DNA of 64,000 nucleotides from Myxococcota bacterium (GTDB taxonomy: Bacteria > Myxococcota_A > Polyangia > JAAYKL01). Both the position numbers and the translations under genes were made by a program. The notes below the pieces were generated by a model. That model did no database searches. It had not been told where the DNA came from and saw only the letters and a list, made by a program, of their open reading frames with translations. The stretch is from the NCBI GenBank assembly GCA_030065855.1, contig JASJCT010000034.1, forward strand, positions 852 to 64,851, in the 5' to 3' direction. Positions 17,726-23,981 of this stretch are shown piece after piece; positions within the stretch are counted from its first letter, which is position 1, and the number at the start of each line of letters is the position of its first letter.

Positions 17726-19462
17726 TTACTTCGGTGTTACAAACAAGATACCCGTCTTACTCTTATAAAATGCGATCCCCAGAGAAATCGAAGGCCAAAA
17801 TTCAGTCGTTGTTTGTTGGTTACCGCGAAATTCAAAGGTCCAGGCTTGTAACAATTGAAATTTAATCTCAAGCCCCAACTTTACGTAAGTGCTTTCCCCA
17901 CCATATTGTACTGGAACACACAATCCCACAGTTAGTTCTTCAGCTGAGAACACTCCTCCCCTGTGCTCCGTGTCATCTATGGACAGGGATTTTTCTTCAA
18001 AATGGTGCCTGCGATAGTATGGTCCGAGAATCAACCCAACTGATAATATCCAACGCCGATTATGAACAAGAATTCGCCTTAATACGCCCCCTAGGCCGAT
18101 AGTCATACTATCGCCATTGACTTTTTTCTCCAGCAACAAGTCAGTGCTGGGATCGCGGACGGTAATCTCCCCAAATCCATTTGCTCCCCCCATATTGAAC
18201 AGCACTCCCCACTCCCAAGGTGTGTGGCGTAGACTCGTACGGAATACGTCCAGTGACGCTCCTGGAAATGTAACCCAGGGCACGCCAATAGGATGCAAGT
18301 AGCCAAAGAAGATTTCCCAACGACCTGCTGAATTGATTGGACTCAGAACGTGTACTGATTTTTCGATATTGCTCTCTTTTTGACTTTTTTGTACTGACCA
18401 AATACTACCTTTATCTTCAGAGAGCATAACGAGACCTCGCGTGCCCACGATAATGTACTCACCGGAACTGCCGAGCAATGATATAGAGCGCAATCCGCTT
18501 GGCTCTATTTGGGGCAGCGTCACTGGCACCCAATTGCTCAAACCACTCTTTATCAGAAGCTCTGTCTCAGTAATGATCAATCCACGTCCATTTGGTTCGG
18601 CCACTATCTGACGAATATCGCTGTCAGTTGCCAAGGGAATTGTACGCCAGGTAATGCCGCCATCTATTGTCTTCAGAAGAGTACCGCCTTCACCTACAAC
18701 AAATCCATGTTTGCGGTCGATGAAAAAAATGTCGGTAAGCTTGGCCGAACTATCGATCAATTGCGTCTGCCAAGTTCGTCCGCCATCTTGAGTCAGCCAC
18801 AGTGAACTCCATCCAAGTAGTACCCCAAAATTATCATCAAAAAATCTCACCTTGACCAACGCGGCATCATAACCGGCAAAGTAAATGGGAACCCAGGTCT
18901 TTCCAGAATCTGCGCTGAAGAAGAGTGCAGAAGTGCTAACGATCCAAGCACCTATTGGGCTGGTGCAATATACGTGAGTAAAATCTTGCTGGGCAACTTC
19001 TGATTCTGGCCAGTACTTTGGATCTCTAGAATCATCAACTAAATCATTGTGTTGGGTGACAGCAATGCGGGCACTCGGCAGCCAATTTTTGCCGCCGTCT
19101 TCGGTTTTCAGAATAGTTCCAGCAGTACCGACAGCAACGCCAAACTTGGCATTATAGAACGAAATCGACTTCAAAACCTGTGGGTGATGCTGACGATGAT
19201 AGGTTGACTCCCAATGTCCGCCACCATCTTCCGTGCAGTGAATCGCATTCTGACCGACAATTGCACAACCGGCCAGCTCGCTGAAAAAATCGACAGCCAT
19301 AAAGTTAGGAGAAATGTCAGTTTTGGAGCCAATCACGGCATATGAGTCAGCTGGTCTTCCAATTAGGATGAATCCGATCATTGCCCCAAGCAACCATCGC
19401 CGGACTGCAAAATCAGTTACCCTTTGTTTTGCTATCCTTTGTTCTGCTATCATGTAACTCAA
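17726..19462 (-). CDS. secreted BNR/Asp-box beta-propeller protein, paralogue of 15743-17707, with the same C-terminal module
   Basis: Asp boxes EDGGGHW, EDGGKNW, ADSGKTW, QDGGRTW, IDGGITW, EDKGSIW. The C-terminal region shares FGYLHPIG and EFWPSISLG with the neighbour (LGYVHPVG, ELWPHINLG). Confidence 0.65.
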   Translation of the reverse strand: MSYMIAEQRIAKQRVTDFAVRRWLLGAMIGFILIGRPADSYAVIGSKTDISPNFMAVDFFSELAGCAIVGQNAIHCTEDGGGHWESTYHRQHHPQVLKSISFYNAKFGVAVGTAGTILKTEDGGKNWLPSARIAVTQHNDLVDDSRDPKYWPESEVAQQDFTHVYCTSPIGAWIVSTSALFFSADSGKTWVPIYFAGYDAALVKVRFFDDNFGVLLGWSSLWLTQDGGRTWQTQLIDSSAKLTDIFFIDRKHGFVVGEGGTLLKTIDGGITWRTIPLATDSDIRQIVAEPNGRGLIITETELLIKSGLSNWVPVTLPQIEPSGLRSISLLGSSGEYIIVGTRGLVMLSEDKGSIWSVQKSQKESNIEKSVHVLSPINSAGRWEIFFGYLHPIGVPWVTFPGASLDVFRTSLRHTPWEWGVLFNMGGANGFGEITVRDPSTDLLLEKKVNGDSMTIGLGGVLRRILVHNRRWILSVGLILGPYYRRHHFEEKSLSIDDTEHRGGVFSAEELTVGLCVPVQYGGESTYVKLGLEIKFQLLQAWTFEFRGNQQTTTEFWPSISLGIAFYKSKTGILFVTPK

Positions 19463-19750
19463 AGTACCATTTCATTACACTTCTAACAATATAGAATGAG
19501 CTGAGTATCCTGAAAGAGTGCTCTGACTCTGCGAGCTGAACATCTCAGTCCTTTACGGTTCCGTTGGCCCTTCTGTAAGTCACATCATAGAAGAATTCAT
19601 CGCACTTGACCTTGTTGAGGCGTGCGTGCTTTCCCCACTCGCCTGCCTCATCGTTATCGGGAAACAGCGTCTGGTGAACAGGAGGCGTTGCGTTTGCGAT
19701 CGAAATTTATAAAAATAAGATAATTTCCTCTCTCGGACCTGCCGGCGAAC

Positions 19751-19779
19751 TTGACAACGATCATCCCAGTCTCTAAGCT
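19751..19779 (+). promoter_or_regulatory. candidate sigma70-type promoter upstream of the precursor ORF
   Basis: TTGACA (19751-19756), a 17-nt spacer, then TAAGCT (19774-19779), about 110 nt upstream of ATG 19892. This is a pattern match only. Confidence 0.25.
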
Positions 19780-19891
19780 ACGGAGCTATTCAAATAGGGT
19801 TCTATCATTTGTGGGTTCGCGCACTGCTTCCCGCTCGATGTAGATGCCCAAAACGTGCAGTACTTCCGAAAACCAAAGACCAAGGAGGCGT

Positions 19892-20158
19892 ATGATGGAG
19901 CGTAAGATGGACAAGAAAAAGATAGCTCTTCTCAGAAAATCACAGCGATCGTTTGTCTTGAAAGCACTCACGGATCCCAAGTTCAGACGGGCGCTCATCA
20001 AGACGCCTGCACAGGCGCTTGGCAAAAAGCAATTGAGCAAGGTGGAAGCCCAAGAGGTCGAGCTGGTGCTGGCCGCGGTTAAAGGCATCGAGACCCAGAT
20101 CAACACCATGGCCGACAAACTGCTCTGTAACAACGGCGGTACCTGCGGCATCGCCTGA
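19892..20158 (+). CDS. candidate RiPP precursor peptide (88 aa), NHLP-like leader, C-terminal ...LLCNNGGTCGIA
   Basis: AAGGAGG lies 5 nt before ATG 19892 (the ORF-track start 19844 has no SD). The leader segment FVLKALTDPKFRRALIKTPAQALG resembles nitrile-hydratase-like leader peptides. The only two Cys residues are in the last 12 residues. The stop is 3 nt before the first radical SAM gene. Confidence 0.6.
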   Translation: MMERKMDKKKIALLRKSQRSFVLKALTDPKFRRALIKTPAQALGKKQLSKVEAQEVELVLAAVKGIETQINTMADKLLCNNGGTCGIA

Positions 20159-20161
20159 TCC

Positions 20162-21289
20162 GTGCGCGACAATCTGCCGTCACATGGGGGGGACAATTCG
20201 ACCGACGTTACCCTCGCAGAGGTACTGGTGGCCAACACCTGGGAGTGCAACCTCGCCTGCACTTACTGTTTCCTGGCCGACCGAACCCGGGCTGCACCAG
20301 GATCCCCCATGTCGCCCGAGCTGGCAAGACAGGTGATCGACGGGCTCGACCAGGGGCTCGACGAGATAGAGACCATCTGCGTTCACTTCTACGGCGGAGA
20401 ACCGCTGTTGAACCTGGCGGCCATGGAAGCGATGGTCGACCGGGCAGCGCACTTCCCCAGCGAGCGGTTTCAGTTCTCGATTACCACCAACGGCACCGTC
20501 GATACGCCAGCGGCCTTCGCATTGCTCGATGCTGGGAATTTCCAAGTGATCCTGAGCATCGACGGCCCCCGAGAAATTCACGACCACTGCCGACGGACCG
20601 TCACGGGCCGCGGCAGCCACGGCCGCGTGCTGGGGTTTCTAGATCAGCTGCGCTCTCGAACCCGCTGTACCGTGCGCGGCTCTGCTGTCGTTCGCTCGGG
20701 CTGGGGCTTGGCCAACGCCGAGGCATACCTGCGCACCTTGCCGGTACACCACATCAAGGCCCAAGCCGTTCGCGTGCCCCCTGGCGCGCCCTTTGATCTG
20801 ACCGCGCAGGAGCGAGATCGTTATCTCTCCGATCTGGAGGCCATCGGGCGCACGGTCATCGATGATCTCGAGCATGACCGCCTACCAAAGGACGATCGGT
20901 TCTCCAGCCGTGTCCTGCAACTGTTGACCGGCCGGGAGCGGACCACCTATTGCGGGGCCGGGCGCTCCAATTTTGGCATTACCCCGGACGGCACTGTGCT
21001 GCCATGCCTGCTGCTGGACATTGAGGATAATCGCCTGGGGCAGATTGACGAAGCCCCGGCCAGTTGGCGAGCAGCAGGTGCACATTGGACCTCGGTCCGC
21101 AAACCAGGCCGAGAATGCGAGGAATGTCCGGCATTGCCCCTGTGCGGTGGCGGGTGCCCGGCAATCGGCTCGGTATGCGGAGAGAACGAGTGCCAGATGG
21201 TCCGCAAGAACTGCGACGTGGCCCACATGATTTGGGATCACTTTCGCGATTGCCCTGAAACCCTGCTGGGCCTAGCCGGCATCTTTTGA
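20162..21289 (+). CDS. radical SAM / SPASM-domain peptide-modifying enzyme
   Basis: CNLACTYC (CxxxCxxC) near the N-terminus, GGEPLL, and a C-terminal Cys cluster YCGAG...LPC...CEECPALPLCGGGCPA typical of SPASM. The start is GTG 20162. An alternative is GTG 20228, preceded by AGAGG. Confidence 0.85.
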   Translation: MRDNLPSHGGDNSTDVTLAEVLVANTWECNLACTYCFLADRTRAAPGSPMSPELARQVIDGLDQGLDEIETICVHFYGGEPLLNLAAMEAMVDRAAHFPSERFQFSITTNGTVDTPAAFALLDAGNFQVILSIDGPREIHDHCRRTVTGRGSHGRVLGFLDQLRSRTRCTVRGSAVVRSGWGLANAEAYLRTLPVHHIKAQAVRVPPGAPFDLTAQERDRYLSDLEAIGRTVIDDLEHDRLPKDDRFSSRVLQLLTGRERTTYCGAGRSNFGITPDGTVLPCLLLDIEDNRLGQIDEAPASWRAAGAHWTSVRKPGRECEECPALPLCGGGCPAIGSVCGENECQMVRKNCDVAHMIWDHFRDCPETLLGLAGIF

Positions 21290-21295
21290 GGCCCC

Positions 21296-22513
21296 ATGGA
21301 TCTTACCCTATTGAAACAGCACGGCCTGGTTCCCAGCAGTGCCCCACCAGCCGGGTTCGTCGCTGAGGACGTCGCTTCTCGACCAACCCGCGTCCCCCAG
21401 ATGGCCCTGACGTCTCTGGCCCTGGACGTCTCTGGTGGCTGCAACCTTAGGTGTCGGTATTGTGCAGAGCAAGCCAGTCAACCCCAGAGACGCCCGATGG
21501 AGGACGGGTTGATCTCCGAGGCGATTCGTCTCTTAGGTAATAATTGCCCTGAGGGTTCGCGCGGCTCAGTGCGCTTGGGCAGTGGCGAGCCGTTACTCGC
21601 ATTGCCCCAGCTGCGCCGACTAGAAGCCGAGATCGAGGCATGCAAAGCATCGCTGGATGTTTTTCTGACCACCAATGGCATGCTGGTGGATGACACCACT
21701 GCAGACTGGCTAGCGGCCACTGACTGGCGACTCAAGGTCAGCTTAGACGGACCACCGGACATCCACAATGCCTGGCGCGTGGACGCCAGTGGCAAGGCGA
21801 CCTTTGCTCACGTCTCAGCCGCTGTTCAAAGGCTCGTGGATCGCTGTGCAGACAGGGTCAGCGCAACTGCTGTGCTGTGCCGTAGGGCGCAGCCCAAGGT
21901 GGTATTCGACAGTATAGCGGCTTTGGGTGTACGTCGCATCGAGCTCGTCTGCGTGGCGACCAATGACAAAGAGATACTGCTTTCTGCAGAGGACGTGCTG
22001 GCCTACCATGGGTTCGTTCAGCAGTATGCGGACACCCTTATCGGTGCCGATCTAGAGACGCAACCGATGTTGGTCGGTTTCGAGGAGGCTGCGCGCCGGG
22101 CAATGGGTTACGCTAACACAGACCTGCCTTGTGGCGCAGGGCGAACCTTGGCCGGCGTCGATGCTGACGGTGCGCTGTATCCGTGCTTTCGTTTTGTCGG
22201 CCTCGAGGCGTACCGCTTGGGTTATCTTCGGTCTGGACTCGAGCCCCAACTGCAGCATCGATTCTGCAACAGCGTTGGGTGCGCTACAGGGCAACGACAA
22301 CCGTGCCAGGACTGCTGGGCGCAGAGCCTTTGTGGCGGTCCCTGTTTTTCAGTGGCTGCGTTTTTTGGACCTGGCGCCCACGCACCGAGCAGCCTCCACT
22401 GCGCCATTCAGCTAGCCAACGCAAGGGCTGCGGTCAAGTACGTAACCCGTCAGCGAGAGATCGATGCAGCAGCGCTCCTACCACTGCTTCCGATCGAGAT
22501 TCCCCTGCCATGA
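21296..22513 (+). CDS. radical SAM / SPASM-domain peptide-modifying enzyme (second copy)
   Basis: CNLRCRYC, GSGEPLL, and a C-terminal PCGAG...YPC...CQDCWAQSLCGGPCF SPASM-type cluster. 405 aa. Confidence 0.85.
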   Translation: MDLTLLKQHGLVPSSAPPAGFVAEDVASRPTRVPQMALTSLALDVSGGCNLRCRYCAEQASQPQRRPMEDGLISEAIRLLGNNCPEGSRGSVRLGSGEPLLALPQLRRLEAEIEACKASLDVFLTTNGMLVDDTTADWLAATDWRLKVSLDGPPDIHNAWRVDASGKATFAHVSAAVQRLVDRCADRVSATAVLCRRAQPKVVFDSIAALGVRRIELVCVATNDKEILLSAEDVLAYHGFVQQYADTLIGADLETQPMLVGFEEAARRAMGYANTDLPCGAGRTLAGVDADGALYPCFRFVGLEAYRLGYLRSGLEPQLQHRFCNSVGCATGQRQPCQDCWAQSLCGGPCFSVAAFFGPGAHAPSSLHCAIQLANARAAVKYVTRQREIDAAALLPLLPIEIPLP

Positions 22514-23796
22514 GCCTACCGCGCGTCGCACTGGTAAAGCACCCCGAGCAATCCGAGTTCGCCTTTGGTGCCTACAGCCTGGGTGTGTTGGCCGCCTCGA
22601 TTCGAGATGTGGCCCACGTCAGCCTTATCGATGCCACGGATATGAGCATTGACGAGGCGATACGCCAGGTACAACAGGCCGAGCCCGGCCTGATCGGCAC
22701 AACCGTAATGGGTGGCAGCTCCATTCCCCAGGCTTCTGTATTTGTAGAGAGGCTCGTGGCTCAAACCGCTTCGCGACCCGTGCCTATTGTGGTTGGTGGC
22801 CATGGCGCGAGCATGCTCCCCAGAGCATTCCTCGAAGCAGGCGCAGCCGTTGTGGTCGTGGGAGAAGGCGAGACGAGCCTGCGCCAGATCGTTCAAACCG
22901 GCGCTCAGCCCGGTGCTCCGGGTACTGTATGCAAGAACGGCGACTCACTGGTGTGGGGACCGCCCCAACAGTTGATCAAAGACCTCGACGCGCTGCGCCC
23001 ACCAGCGCGGGACTTGATGCCGCCACCCAGGGACGGCATCCACCTGATGGAGACGAGCCGGGGTTGTCCTCATGACTGTTCCTTTTGCGAAACAACCCGG
23101 TTTTTCGGACGGCGCTGGCGCTGCTTTTCAGCAGAGCGGGTGCATGCAGAGGTGGCCCGGCTGGTGGAGGAGCACGGGGCGTGGACGATTCTGATCGCTG
23201 ACGACAATTTTGCGGCCCAGCCGAGCCGCGTCATTGAAATTGGCGAGTGTCTCTCCACTGGGCCCCTGCCCGCGTTGCTAGTGGTCTCTGCCCGTGCCGA
23301 CGACTTGTTGCGAGACCCGAAAGTCATCCCCAGCATGGCAGCGGCACGGATGTTGCGTGTCTGTGTGGGCGTGGAGACACTAGAGCCAGAAGCAGCGGCT
23401 CGGGCTCGCAAGCCGATCGATGCGGCAGTGTACCAGGAGGTGTTTGCCCAACTGCGCGCACACGGCATCTTCAGTGTTGCCTCGTTTATCGTGGGATTGC
23501 CAGGCCAGGTGCTCGACGAGGAAGAAACAGTGGAACAGGTAGTAGCCACAGGCCCTGATTCAGTGGTGTTCAACCCATTTGTACCCATGCCGAACACCCC
23601 ATTGGCTGCATTAGACCAGACCGCCGAGAAGAAACCGGCATTCATGCCCCAAACCCACCACGAGATTTCGGCCAAGCAGATGACAGCGCGTTTCTACCAA
23701 CACCCAAAGACACGTCAAAGGCTCGAACGCACCTCTGGAGAACCAGAAGTCCGGGGCATCCTAGCCCGGGCGGTCTTAAAACAGCACACAACTTAA
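22510..23796 (+). CDS. B12-binding-domain radical SAM enzyme (class B, methyltransferase-like)
   Basis: Start ATG 22510 overlaps the upstream TGA (ATGA). The ORF-track extension from 22183 lies inside the previous gene. The N-terminal ~130 aa form a Rossmann-like B12-binding region (IGTTVMGG...PIVVGGHGAS). The radical SAM motif is SRGCPHDCSFCE. Confidence 0.85.
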   Translation: MSLPRVALVKHPEQSEFAFGAYSLGVLAASIRDVAHVSLIDATDMSIDEAIRQVQQAEPGLIGTTVMGGSSIPQASVFVERLVAQTASRPVPIVVGGHGASMLPRAFLEAGAAVVVVGEGETSLRQIVQTGAQPGAPGTVCKNGDSLVWGPPQQLIKDLDALRPPARDLMPPPRDGIHLMETSRGCPHDCSFCETTRFFGRRWRCFSAERVHAEVARLVEEHGAWTILIADDNFAAQPSRVIEIGECLSTGPLPALLVVSARADDLLRDPKVIPSMAAARMLRVCVGVETLEPEAAARARKPIDAAVYQEVFAQLRAHGIFSVASFIVGLPGQVLDEEETVEQVVATGPDSVVFNPFVPMPNTPLAALDQTAEKKPAFMPQTHHEISAKQMTARFYQHPKTRQRLERTSGEPEVRGILARAVLKQHTT

Positions 23797-23981
23797 GCTT
23801 AGTACTTAAGCCTCCTACCAGCGCCATGACAGGGTTGTAGCCCAAGCTACCCAAGCCCGAATTCACCCACAAATTCTGGTGAGGACGCAAAAAGTAGCTC
23901 AGAGGTTCATATGGGGTCACTAAACATAATTTTTCTGTATGGCGCCCTTCTGCGTATTGCCACCGACCTTTCTTTCCTGGA

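Noticed and set aside
19539-19700. Minus-strand open frame reading ..ATPPVHQTLFPDNDEAGEWGKHARLNKVKCDEFFYDVTYRRANGTVKD* in the intergenic region upstream of the BNR genes.
   Set aside because: There is an in-frame TAA just upstream and no ATG/GTG/TTG start with an SD. It is about 50 codons long and has no recognisable family. It may be a gene remnant, but this is not supportable.
19733-19748. B12-box-like string (ctcGGACCTGCCGGCg, compare E. coli btuB ..GAAGACCUGCCGGCC) in the intergenic region between the corrinoid-related operon and the B12-rSAM cassette, suggesting a cobalamin riboswitch.
   Set aside because: I could not find the rest of the conserved core (GGGAA..GGUG..AA..CC..CCCGCAACUGU) in the right order on the plus strand. 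The best GGGAA-GUGCG-AA-like string lies on the opposite strand (about 19815-19840), and no P1 partner for GCCGGC is present. An Rfam RF00174 covariance-model scan would settle it. A hit on either strand would be interesting.
22183-22509. Upstream 109-codon extension of the B12-rSAM ORF in the ORF track.
   Set aside because: It lies entirely inside the second SPASM gene in another frame and has a Pro/Arg/Ser-rich nonsense-like sequence. The ATG at 22510 overlaps the upstream stop (ATGA) and begins the B12-binding domain.
20162-22513. The two rSAM/SPASM proteins read as anaerobic sulfatase-maturating enzymes serving the sulfatase-like gene at 43.4-45.8 kb.
   Set aside because: The sulfatase-fold protein has Thr rather than Cys/Ser at the modified position and lies 20 kb away. 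The rSAM genes are instead glued to a small Cys-tailed ORF and a B12-rSAM. The anSME idea remains a formal alternative until phylogeny is done.
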